A stretch of 64,000 nucleotides of DNA, taken from the NCBI GenBank assembly GCA_028279655.1, contig JANQNH010000005.1, forward strand, positions 144,962 through 208,961, written 5' to 3'. A program made the translations under genes and the position numbers. The notes under the pieces were generated by a model, which was given only the letters and a program-made list of their open reading frames with translations, ran no database searches and had not been told where the DNA came from. Of this stretch, positions 9,549-18,456 are shown in pieces. The first letter of the stretch is position 1. Every line of letters starts with the position of its first letter. The DNA is from Candidatus Nanoarchaeia archaeon. Its GTDB lineage: Archaea > Nanobdellota > Nanobdellia > Woesearchaeales > JACPBV01.

Positions 9549-10109
9549 CTATATAATCTGCCTAAGATACCCTACTATAGATTTGACTGCCATAGCTGCC
9601 CAATGTTCAGAATACCAGAACTTCTGAATTCTATTCTTATAGATCGTGAAGTCCCTCAGGTTCTCCATATCTATCCAATCACTCCCTGAAAATCTATCAT
9701 ACCATAACTCTTCAAAATAGTTTGCTTCCTCGTTATTTTCAGGGGTCTCTCCTATGCCATTGTATCTCCGTGATCCATCATAGGTAACAAGTTCTGAGTT
9801 TAACACATGATTGAGCACAACATGGCCTATCTCATGCCCCAAGGTCCTTAATCTCTTGTCAGGAGACAACTTAGAATTAAGAACGATAGCATATCCTCCA
9901 TTGATAAATATAGTAATTCCATCGACATCCTCTAGAATACCTGAATCATCATCCCTTATCCTGTAGATTCTGTTATCCCTTGCAAAGTCCTCGAATGTGT
10001 AGCTATCGCTAGTTTTCTTATAGATATCTGATATAATATTCTCTATACGCTGTTTTTTCTCTGCTAACATTTCAAGAGAACCATTTTTCCTAAGAGAATC
10101 AACATCCAC
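9549..10109 (-). CDS. ImmA/IrrE-like HEXXH zinc metallopeptidase
   Basis: LRTLGHEIGHVVLNH carries the HExxH motif in the context typical of the ImmA/IrrE family. The track start is GTG, and an alternative ATG lies at 10070. Confidence 0.5.
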   Translation of the reverse strand: MDVDSLRKNGSLEMLAEKKQRIENIISDIYKKTSDSYTFEDFARDNRIYRIRDDDSGILEDVDGITIFINGGYAIVLNSKLSPDKRLRTLGHEIGHVVLNHVLNSELVTYDGSRRYNGIGETPENNEEANYFEELWYDRFSGSDWIDMENLRDFTIYKNRIQKFWYSEHWAAMAVKSIVGYLRQII

Positions 10110-10946
10110 TTAAAAACCTGTCTTTTTGAAGACATCCATATAAAATCTGACTTTCTCAGGAAGATGCTTAGCCATCATAGCCTTTCTTTTATCATTCATT
10201 TGCTTTGATTCATAATACTTTCCTTTAGAAGGGTTAAATGTAGAGATCCACTTCTCTCTTTCATGCTGCATACCCATCTGCAGATACAATTCCTTAAGTT
10301 CATCAGATATTGGCTTTCTATGCCCAGCCTGCACATATATCCCTCCTTCTTTCATCCTTTCTCTTATCCCTTCTATGGATCGCTGAGATCTCTCCACTCC
10401 CCCAGAAGTTAGAGAAGAATTAGCGTAGATCAGATCAGCCCTATTCAACTCTAATTCACCAGGCTTTTCATGATTTGAAACATAGAAATCCACATTAGCT
10501 AATCCAAGCCTCTCCTTCCTCCTATTAGCCTGAGCTATCATGCTTCTGCTCTTATCATAACCTATAAAATCCACAGCTTCATCTTCATAAAGCTTTGCAA
10601 GAAAACAAAGATCCAATCCAGTCCCACATCCAGCATCAACAACCACTGATTGTGGTTTTTTATCAATCATCCTTGCCAGTTCCGGTAGAAAACTCATCCT
10701 ATAATCATAATCCAGAGGAAACCCCTGGGATAGGTCATGATAATAAGGCATATTTGGAAATCGGATTCTCCATATAAGACCTGTACTTATCAAACGCCTA
10801 AGCCCCCTGCCAAAAACACCTTTACCCTTAGCTACAAACCTGTCAACAGATTCCTTATCAGCTAATCTTTCTATCCCTAGCTCATTGAGATAATCCACCA
10901 GCTGCCTTCTAGCACTTCTAGGTTTATCTTTTCTAGGCTTATTCAT
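10110..10946 (-). CDS. Class I SAM-dependent methyltransferase
   Basis: VVVDAGCGTGLDLCFLA is motif I (DxGxGxG). Its stop abuts the next gene. Confidence 0.65.
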   Translation of the reverse strand: MNKPRKDKPRSARRQLVDYLNELGIERLADKESVDRFVAKGKGVFGRGLRRLISTGLIWRIRFPNMPYYHDLSQGFPLDYDYRMSFLPELARMIDKKPQSVVVDAGCGTGLDLCFLAKLYEDEAVDFIGYDKSRSMIAQANRRKERLGLANVDFYVSNHEKPGELELNRADLIYANSSLTSGGVERSQRSIEGIRERMKEGGIYVQAGHRKPISDELKELYLQMGMQHEREKWISTFNPSKGKYYESKQMNDKRKAMMAKHLPEKVRFYMDVFKKTGF

Positions 10947-11049
10947 ATGCCCCTAAAAATCATACTATACTTAAAAATATATCTCAAAAATCCCTCCTGA
11001 AATCATTCAATCAGAAACCTTTATTAACCTTTCAACAATCACCAATTCC

Positions 11050-12012
11050 ATGCATAAACTATCGGCACTTTTCCTGATCATCCTTTTGACGAGTTGTTCC
11101 TCTATATATGATTCTCCTGATAAGACAGAGCAGACAAAAGAACTTATGGGAACCATAGTAACAATAACAGTTTATCATGAGAACAAGGAAGAAGCACATC
11201 AAGCTATAGGGGAAGCGTTCAATGAGATAGAAAGGATAGAAAACATACTCAGCAGCTATAAGAACACCTCTGAAGTCTATATATTAAACAGGGACAAGAA
11301 GGTAGAGGCAAGCAACGAACTGATATACACAATTGGAAAATCCCTAAGGTATGGAGACCTTTCCAGAGGGGCCTTTGACATTACAGTCCAGCCTATCTTA
11401 GACCTATACCAACATTCCTTCCAGGACCTGAAAAGACCACCGACAGATTCAGAGATAATACAGGCCTTAAGGCAGGTAGGCTATGAAAGGATATACATAA
11501 GAAACAACAACATACAGCTGGAGAAAGACACAAAGATAACCTTAGGAGGAATAGCAAAGGGATATATAATAGACAAGGCTATAATCACCTTAGAAAAGAA
11601 CAATATACAGCATGCATTGGTAAATGCAGGAGGAGACATGCGTGCAATAGGCTCTAAGCCAGATGGAAACTGGAACATAGCCCTTCAGAACCCCAGGAAA
11701 GAGCATGAACACATAGCCATAATACCCTTAAACAACACTGCAGTTGCAACCTCTGGAGACTATGAGAGATATTTTGATGATTCTAAGGAATTCCACCATA
11801 TAATAGACCCAAGGACAGGCTATTCAGCAACAGAACTTATCTCAGTAACAATAGTAACCCATAAGGCAATGGACGCAGACGCATTGGCTACATCAGTATT
11901 TGTCCTTGGAAAGGAAGAAGGGTTAGAGCTGATAGAAAGCCTAGATGGTGTTGAAGGCCTTTTGATAACAAAGGAGAAGGATCTTGTTAGAAGTACAGGA
12001 TTCATAAACTAA
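11050..12012 (+). CDS. apbE: FAD:protein FMN transferase ApbE family lipoprotein
   Basis: Lipobox LLTSCSS. ApbE signatures GTIVTITV, AFDITVQP, LGGIAKGY, VNAGGD, TSGDYERYF, HHIIDPRTG and ADALATS are present. Confidence 0.75.
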   Translation: MHKLSALFLIILLTSCSSIYDSPDKTEQTKELMGTIVTITVYHENKEEAHQAIGEAFNEIERIENILSSYKNTSEVYILNRDKKVEASNELIYTIGKSLRYGDLSRGAFDITVQPILDLYQHSFQDLKRPPTDSEIIQALRQVGYERIYIRNNNIQLEKDTKITLGGIAKGYIIDKAIITLEKNNIQHALVNAGGDMRAIGSKPDGNWNIALQNPRKEHEHIAIIPLNNTAVATSGDYERYFDDSKEFHHIIDPRTGYSATELISVTIVTHKAMDADALATSVFVLGKEEGLELIESLDGVEGLLITKEKDLVRSTGFIN

Positions 12013-12046
12013 ATATTTTTAAATAGAACCTAATTTTTCTCCTTTT

Positions 12047-12721
12047 ATGGCTGACGCAAAAAGAAAGGTAATTCCAAGGGGATCCTATGTTTTGAGAAGA
12101 GAATTCAATAAGCTTGCAGAATTTTCTAGAATTGACCAAAATGGCTTAAGAACACTATGGAACGAGTTCATGGCAACACTAGCTAATACTCCTGAGTATG
12201 ATCATATCCAAGCCTACTGCACAAAACCAAGTGATAATAATCTTCCTGTTTCTAAATTCAAAGGAGAACAAATAATTACGTACCAGAACTTGTATCGTGA
12301 ACTCCCTCCAGAATACAAGGTTCTTGCTGACAAGGTACTTGGGAATCCATCAGATCCCTCTGATCCTCAAGAATACAATCTTGAAGCAGTGACTATAAAC
12401 ATAAGTGAGACTAGGCGATATCTAAGGGGCATATACCGCAAATATATGATTCCTCAGGTCCTTAAGACCTTTGTAGATTACTCTCTTATAGAACTCGATG
12501 CAATGCTCCATGATGATAAACCAATAGGAATATCCACTAGCTTTGAAAAACCAAGCTTTGCATATAACATGGTACAGGACACAACTCTCGACCAACACCT
12601 AATATGGCTTCTGGAAGATGAAAAGATGCCTCAAAGTGCAAGAATCTTCATACAACATGCATTATTCGACATTGCTGCTATTAGAAGAGAGGGAAAAAAA
12701 GAATATAGGCAATTCTCCTAA
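12047..12721 (+). CDS. Hypothetical protein (224 aa)
   Basis: Long ORF. Composition (Q/P/H/W-richer) is atypical versus its K-rich neighbours. Confidence 0.45.
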   Translation: MADAKRKVIPRGSYVLRREFNKLAEFSRIDQNGLRTLWNEFMATLANTPEYDHIQAYCTKPSDNNLPVSKFKGEQIITYQNLYRELPPEYKVLADKVLGNPSDPSDPQEYNLEAVTINISETRRYLRGIYRKYMIPQVLKTFVDYSLIELDAMLHDDKPIGISTSFEKPSFAYNMVQDTTLDQHLIWLLEDEKMPQSARIFIQHALFDIAAIRREGKKEYRQFS

Positions 12722-12759
12722 CCGTAACCCATATAAATAAGCTATTTAAAGCAGAGTGG

Positions 12760-13242
12760 ATGGTTAGTTTTAAACCCCATTATGCAGGATTAGACCAATA
12801 TCTGAGAAATCATCCCTATGTAAGAGATAGATGGAAAGCGCTTAAGCATAGTATAGGAAATCTAATAGACGAGGCAGTAGATCGATATTCAAACAGAACG
12901 ACAGAGCCACCACCTGTTGTCCATTTCACAACAGAACAAAAAGAACTATATTCAGAAATATTCTATACTATTAGAAATAATCCTTATAGGATACTTGCTG
13001 CTTTGATACTAGGAGTGCCCCCTTTAGGGGAAGAGCAGAACCCAAAACTTACTGATTCCATTGATTCCCCTGTCCTTGAAAGAATCCTTAAGAATAATTT
13101 TGTGAATATACCTCAACACTTTATAGAACCGCCAAATCCTTCAGAACAAAACCATTCTCGAATATCAGAAGATAGGGATCTGCTATATGCTCCAGCCCTT
13201 TCAGCAAGATTAGTTCCTACTGATTCATGGAAATACAACTGA
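12760..13242 (+). CDS. Hypothetical protein (160 aa)
   Basis: ORF co-directional with 12047..12721 and shares the same atypical composition. Confidence 0.4.
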   Translation: MVSFKPHYAGLDQYLRNHPYVRDRWKALKHSIGNLIDEAVDRYSNRTTEPPPVVHFTTEQKELYSEIFYTIRNNPYRILAALILGVPPLGEEQNPKLTDSIDSPVLERILKNNFVNIPQHFIEPPNPSEQNHSRISEDRDLLYAPALSARLVPTDSWKYN

Positions 13243-14571
13243 TCATGTGCTGTCAAAATACTTCTCCAGTTCCCAACGAGTAACCTGTAATCTGTACTCA
13301 TCAAACTCAGCCTTCTTGGCAGCTATATATATCTCATATGTATGCTCCCCTAGAACACTCTTGATTACATCATCCTTCTTCAATTTCAAGACAGCCTGGC
13401 CCAGTGAAGCAGGAAGCTTCCCTATCTTTCTATCCTCCAGCATACTATCGTCAAACTTATACACATCTTCTTCTACAGGAGAAGGAGGCTCCATGTTGTT
13501 CTTTATACCATCAAGACCAGCCTTAAGCATTACAGCAAAAGCAAGATAAGGATTACAGGATGGATCAGGGCATCTTAATTCACATCTCGTTGCCTGCTCC
13601 TTTCCAGGGCTATATCTTGGTATCCTTATAAGAGCACTTCTATTAGTCTGCCCCCAACACACATATACAGGAGCCTCAAACCCAGGCACCAATCGTTTAT
13701 ATGAATTCACCTTTGGAGCGACAACAGCAGCCATAGCCTTTACATGAGACAACTGTCCTGCGATAAATCCTTTAGCCAGGGAACTCAACTTATACTTGTC
13801 CTTATCATCAAAAAAAGCATTCTTCCCATCCTTAAACAGGCTCTGATGGACATGCATCCCAGAGCCATTCTCACCATAGATCGGCTTAGGCATGAATGTA
13901 GCATACAACCCATGTGCCTGTGCTATAGATTTCACAACATGCTTGAATGTTATAGCCCTATCCGCCTGCAACAAAGCATCGCCATACTTAAAATCTATCT
14001 CGTGCTGTCCAGGAGCAACCTCATGGTGGGACATCTCAACCTCTAATCCCAAAGCCTGCAAGGCATTTATTATATCGTTCCTCACCTTTATTGCAAGGTC
14101 CTTTGGTGAAAAATCAAAATACCCTGCCCTGTCATGTGTTGTCGGTATCAGTTCTCCATTCTCCCTGGGTTTAAAAAGAAAGAACTCAAGCTCAGGCCCG
14201 ACGTTATACTCAAAGCCAAGATCAGCAGCTTCTTTCAGGACCTTTTTTAATATATACCTCGGATCACCTTCAAAGGGTTTTCCATCAGGCCTGAACACAT
14301 CACATATGAGCCTTGCGCTTGCTCCTTCTCCTGTTTCCCACGGCAGAACAGCATATGTTGAAGCATCAGGTTTAAGATACATATCTGATTCAGCTATCCT
14401 TGTAAATCCCTCTATAGAGCTACCGTCAAACCACGTACCTCTCTCTAAGCTTTCACCAAGCTTATCAACAGGTATTGTAACAGACTTAATCACACCATGC
14501 AGGTCTGTAAACTGCAATTGTACAAACTTAACTCCATCCTTCTCTACCCTTTCTAATAAATCTTCAGTCAT
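13243..14571 (-). CDS. glnA: Glutamine synthetase type I
   Basis: 442 aa. GS catalytic-domain and beta-grasp signatures present (e.g. GSGMHVHQS). SD-like AGGTGA lies 7 nt upstream of the ATG. Confidence 0.9.
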   Translation of the reverse strand: MTEDLLERVEKDGVKFVQLQFTDLHGVIKSVTIPVDKLGESLERGTWFDGSSIEGFTRIAESDMYLKPDASTYAVLPWETGEGASARLICDVFRPDGKPFEGDPRYILKKVLKEAADLGFEYNVGPELEFFLFKPRENGELIPTTHDRAGYFDFSPKDLAIKVRNDIINALQALGLEVEMSHHEVAPGQHEIDFKYGDALLQADRAITFKHVVKSIAQAHGLYATFMPKPIYGENGSGMHVHQSLFKDGKNAFFDDKDKYKLSSLAKGFIAGQLSHVKAMAAVVAPKVNSYKRLVPGFEAPVYVCWGQTNRSALIRIPRYSPGKEQATRCELRCPDPSCNPYLAFAVMLKAGLDGIKNNMEPPSPVEEDVYKFDDSMLEDRKIGKLPASLGQAVLKLKKDDVIKSVLGEHTYEIYIAAKKAEFDEYRLQVTRWELEKYFDST

Positions 14572-14612
14572 GTTATCACCTTCCTTCTTATTATGTTATC
14601 TCGATGCTATAA

Positions 14613-14755
14613 AATGATTTAGGCAAAAAATAACAACAAGGGTGAAAACACATCTGAAGAGGTAATTTCCACACAAAGTGTGGAAATTTCCTTTTGATGT
14701 AGGAATTTACATAGTAAAGTCCATGTTTGAATCCGATGTTGTTGTTATTTTTTGC
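14613..14755. promoter_or_regulatory. Nested inverted-repeat element in the glnA/lrp divergent intergenic region (candidate operator/activator site)
   Basis: The outer 17-bp inverted repeat is GCAAAAAATAACAACAA at 14613..14629, with its reverse complement at 14739..14755. The inner perfect palindrome is AATTTCCACAC-AAA-GTGTGGAAATT at 14664..14688. The glnA TATA (14598..14605) lies immediately beside the left arm. Confidence 0.5.
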
Positions 14756-14922
14756 TAAATATAATCAAGATTAATATCCAAATATTTTCTATAAATAAAA
14801 ACATTTATATACCTTTCTAAGAAAATATTAAACAAAAAATCAGAAAAAAGAGTAAGATTTAAATATATGTTTAATAATCAACCATTTTATTAAAAGAAGA
14901 CTAAACAATTGTATACGAAAAA

Positions 14923-15366
14923 ATGGACCTTGATAAAGTCGACAAGAGCATTATCAACACCCTGATAATAGACTCAACTCAATCCTACAGGGAAATTGCC
15001 AAAAAAGTGAAAGTATCCGTAGCTACAGTTATGCATAGGATAAACAAACTCAAGTCCGAAGGCATAATCAGGGGATTCACAACCGTGGTTGACTACGAAA
15101 AAGCAGGATTTGATGTTGAGATTCTGATAGAACTTAGAATCTCTAAGGGAAAATTATTACAGATAGAGAAAGAGATAGCCCACCATCCAAATGTTTTTGC
15201 AGTTTACGATCTCACAGGAGATTTTGATGCAGCTATAATGGCAAGGTTCAAAACACGAAGACAGATGGACAATTTCCTAAAGAAGATACAGACCTATGAT
15301 TTTATCGAAAGGACTAACTCCAGGATGATATTAAATACCATTAAAGAACAACAGATAGGGGTGTGA
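14923..15366 (+). CDS. lrp: Lrp/AsnC family transcriptional regulator
   Basis: HTH_AsnC N-terminus followed by a RAM domain. 147 aa. Confidence 0.85.
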   Translation: MDLDKVDKSIINTLIIDSTQSYREIAKKVKVSVATVMHRINKLKSEGIIRGFTTVVDYEKAGFDVEILIELRISKGKLLQIEKEIAHHPNVFAVYDLTGDFDAAIMARFKTRRQMDNFLKKIQTYDFIERTNSRMILNTIKEQQIGV

Positions 15367-15370
15367 TAAT

Positions 15371-15733
15371 ATGAAAAAGAAGGATGAAAAAAAATCAAAC
15401 CGTCTTCAGAGGATGACAGAATACAAGCTAAAAAAAGAGGATATACACCGTTTGATAAACTATGCTACAAAGGTCCCACAACAAGCAAGGGTCTTTAAGT
15501 CAGAGGTGAAAAAGAACATACTCAAGGCCATATTGGCAGCCTTCGCTTTTGTAATTGCTCTTGTCTGGAGGGATGCTATAAGGGCAGGAGTGGATGAACT
15601 TACTACAAGATTAGGCATAGAGGGAACAGGATACGTCTATCAGATCACCATGGCAGTATTAGTAACCCTGATCTGTGTTATAGGCATAATGATAGCCTCC
15701 AGAGTCAAAGGAAAAGAAGATGTAAAGAAATGA
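15371..15733 (+). CDS. Small membrane protein (2 TM)
   Basis: 120 aa with two hydrophobic helices and K-rich termini. Confidence 0.35.
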   Translation: MKKKDEKKSNRLQRMTEYKLKKEDIHRLINYATKVPQQARVFKSEVKKNILKAILAAFAFVIALVWRDAIRAGVDELTTRLGIEGTGYVYQITMAVLVTLICVIGIMIASRVKGKEDVKK

Positions 15734-15809
15734 GAAAACTTTTTTCTCTTCTTTGGATATCTCATTTTTCTTCCGATATATTTTTATATTACCATAAATA
15801 ACATATATC

Positions 15810-16457
15810 TTGATGAGATTTGAAAAAAAAGAGCTCCCACTCATTCTTATAATCCTTGCCATGTTCCTTTCATCATTCTTTCTCTACTCTCAGATGCCAG
15901 AAAGGATGCCGACTCACTGGAACTCTGAAGGAGAGGTAGATGGATACGGAAATAGGTTTATGGGTTTGTTTTTCATGCCCATCTTACTTTCAGCTATATA
16001 TCTACTCTTCCTTTTCCTTCCAAAGATGATGGTTTACAGGAAGAACTTTGAGGGATTCAGGGGTTACTTCTTTGGCTTTAAGGTAGTTTTTATCCTGTTT
16101 TTTGTTGTCATATACATATCCACATTACTCCCCAATCTTGGGATAGATGTTAATATGAACTATGTGATGATCCCTGCCTTAGCTGTACTGTTCTTCTATA
16201 TGGGCCACATGCTGAAGTATGTAAAAAGGAACTATTTCATAGGGATAAGGACCCCTTGGACAATGGCTAGCGAAGATGTATGGGATAAGACCCATATATT
16301 AGCTTCAAAGATGTTCAAGCTCTTCGCATTGATAATATTCTCTGCATTGTTCGTTCCGGATATGTTCGTTTGGTTCCTTCTAGCCCCATTAGGATTTATA
16401 GTGTTGTACCTGCTCACCTATTCATATCAGGAATATAAGAAGGAGGTCAAAAGATGA
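15810..16457 (+). CDS. SdpI/YhfL-family membrane protein (DUF1648 + SdpI domain)
   Basis: IGIRTPWTMASEDVWDKTH is the SdpI-family signature. Multi-TM. Confidence 0.55.
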   Translation: MMRFEKKELPLILIILAMFLSSFFLYSQMPERMPTHWNSEGEVDGYGNRFMGLFFMPILLSAIYLLFLFLPKMMVYRKNFEGFRGYFFGFKVVFILFFVVIYISTLLPNLGIDVNMNYVMIPALAVLFFYMGHMLKYVKRNYFIGIRTPWTMASEDVWDKTHILASKMFKLFALIIFSALFVPDMFVWFLLAPLGFIVLYLLTYSYQEYKKEVKR

Positions 16458-16753
16458 AATGCCCATACTGCAAAAGGAACCTAAGACAACACGAGAGATA
16501 CTGTGATTTTTGTGAACAAGACCTAACAGAAGTAGTAGAAAAGACTGTAAAGATAAGAAAGACAACAAAGAAGGCAATCAAGAAAATAAAGGAAAAGGTT
16601 CCAAAGATCTGGGCCTACTGCGTGAAATGCAGGAACAAGGTGATTGCCAAAGAACCAATGGATTACATCATGAAAAACAACAGGAAGGCTATAAAGGGCA
16701 TATGCCCTCATTGTTCTACTAAGGTGTTTAGGATTATTGGCATGAACAGATAA
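16454..16753 (+). CDS. Double zinc-ribbon small protein
   Basis: Carries CPYC...CDFC and CVKC...CPHC. 4-nt overlap with the upstream gene. Confidence 0.4.
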   Translation: MKCPYCKRNLRQHERYCDFCEQDLTEVVEKTVKIRKTTKKAIKKIKEKVPKIWAYCVKCRNKVIAKEPMDYIMKNNRKAIKGICPHCSTKVFRIIGMNR

Positions 16754-16754
16754 G

Positions 16755-17471
16755 ATGAATAGAAGAACAATTGATCTGATATCCTTAATTATAACAATAG
16801 TAATTCTAATAGCCTACACAACGCTTTTGATACCACGGCAGGTATACCATAGGTTAAGTTTCCTTTTCAGCAATCCATATTATTATCTGATATATCTGTC
16901 GTTGATAATTGCTTTCATAATGATATTCCTAAGATTACTGCATAAGACAGGTATAAAAGACAGGACCTTAAAGATCATCTACGGTATTCTTTTTCTTCCA
17001 GTTTTATATTTTCCAATAATCAGATGCTACTTCAAGGTTCCTTATGTATTCTGCAAGGCATGCCCTAGAAGATGCCCTTTTGGTGAGCTAAGGCCTTTCA
17101 TAATACCCTCCTTTCTTCTGCTCAACCTGGATAAGAGGTTTTGGTGTTTTAAGCTATGCCCTCTTGGAACTATCCAGGATTACCAGTGTAAAGCAACAAA
17201 GAAAAGGATACATGTTCCAAGATGGCTGATCAATGTTAGGTATATTTTCTTAGCACTAACCATACTCTCTGCCCTTGGCCTCATCTTCACCCAAGATTAT
17301 TTTTATTTCTTTTTCCGTGGAACCCATCACCTGTACGCATGGGGATTGACAATCTCATCTGTAATATTCATCCTTTCGTTCTTCATCCCAAGATTCTGGT
17401 GTAAATACTTCTGTCCTGTAGGAAGCTTTGGAGATATAGCCCTAAAGATAGGGAATAGGATGAATAGATAG
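16755..17471 (+). CDS. Integral membrane protein with ferredoxin-like Cys clusters
   Basis: Multi-TM. Motifs CKACPRRCP, CFKLCPLG and CKYFCPVG resemble 4Fe-4S CxxCxxxCP binding motifs. Confidence 0.45.
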   Translation: MNRRTIDLISLIITIVILIAYTTLLIPRQVYHRLSFLFSNPYYYLIYLSLIIAFIMIFLRLLHKTGIKDRTLKIIYGILFLPVLYFPIIRCYFKVPYVFCKACPRRCPFGELRPFIIPSFLLLNLDKRFWCFKLCPLGTIQDYQCKATKKRIHVPRWLINVRYIFLALTILSALGLIFTQDYFYFFFRGTHHLYAWGLTISSVIFILSFFIPRFWCKYFCPVGSFGDIALKIGNRMNR

Positions 17472-17519
17472 TTTCTAGTCTATATATATTTTTTATACTG
17501 ATGAATATTACCCACCTAT

Positions 17520-18395
17520 ATGAATGAGGATAGGTATGACAGTTTAGTAAGTGAGCTAAGAGATAATCTTGAATCCCTTCTCTTTTCCAGGTCTGCCCAT
17601 CAAGGAAGATTAAAGGCATTTTCAAATTTAGTAAGGATATTAAAAAGAAGAGGGATATACATAACCCCATATCTATGGAAGGTTAAGAAAAAATCTCATG
17701 GCTCTGATTCTTTTAAGGAGAGGACATTGAAGATACCTATGATACCTGGATTGACAGTTCCCTTTCTTACTGCCATTGCTCAAAGGCATGGTTCATTTAG
17801 ATACTGCTACTATCATGAGATGGGAGAACTTACATACCTGATACCATTTGTTTCTGTCCTTATTCATGATGACAAAGGACTTGTTTTTTCATGTGTTGGT
17901 CCCTCTGATATTTTCGGAGATTTATTAGCATCTGCCATGTCTCCAATCCCTCCAGGATCTCAGCTAGATTTGTTGGAAAAAAGATGGAGCTATAATCCAT
18001 ATATGTCAAGACAGGATAATGAATATGTTCAAACCCAAAAATCAACCTTTATGGATCTGCTTCACCGGGAGACTGCAGGGTACGGTTTTGGATTAGAAAT
18101 TCGAAGATTAGCAGACCTATCACCAGTGGGAGTTACTCTTACTGATCTTGAATATGACGCTCATGCGTATATATATGGTCCTCAACTTGCCGACTTCTAT
18201 AGGGATTTTCTCTTGTCTGAAGAAGAATTTAATACTGTCCAAAGAAAAGAACATCAGCTGCATCTGTTCGATATTGTTCAGGCAGATGTTAAGAAAGCAC
18301 TGATGGGTAGGGACTCGATTACACTTTCTGATATATGTGGTGCTTTTTTTAGTCCCAAGAGGATTCTTGATAGGCTTTCTTATCAATCACGATAA
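17520..18395 (+). CDS. Hypothetical protein (291 aa)
   Basis: Long ORF upstream of amrS. Confidence 0.45.
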   Translation: MNEDRYDSLVSELRDNLESLLFSRSAHQGRLKAFSNLVRILKRRGIYITPYLWKVKKKSHGSDSFKERTLKIPMIPGLTVPFLTAIAQRHGSFRYCYYHEMGELTYLIPFVSVLIHDDKGLVFSCVGPSDIFGDLLASAMSPIPPGSQLDLLEKRWSYNPYMSRQDNEYVQTQKSTFMDLLHRETAGYGFGLEIRRLADLSPVGVTLTDLEYDAHAYIYGPQLADFYRDFLLSEEEFNTVQRKEHQLHLFDIVQADVKKALMGRDSITLSDICGAFFSPKRILDRLSYQSR

Positions 18396-18456
18396 AAATC
18401 TAAGAGTTAATAGATAATCTAAAGATTTAAATAAATCAATAAGCTCTTTTTTTAGG

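Noticed and set aside
13892-14617. 241-aa plus-strand ORF antisense to glnA, and similar long antisense ORFs (54953..55630 in the nfnA-like gene, 35316..35738 in mscS, 45015..45620 in the nfnB-like gene)
   Set aside because: They lie entirely within well-supported genes on the opposite strand. They are S/T/P-rich or low-complexity and have no motifs.
14658-14691. NrpR operator (GGAA-N6-TTCC) upstream of glnA
   Set aside because: GGAA and TTCC half-sites are present, but with N2 or N11 spacing rather than N6. The site also lies upstream of TATA rather than at the TSS. It is kept only as a generic candidate operator.
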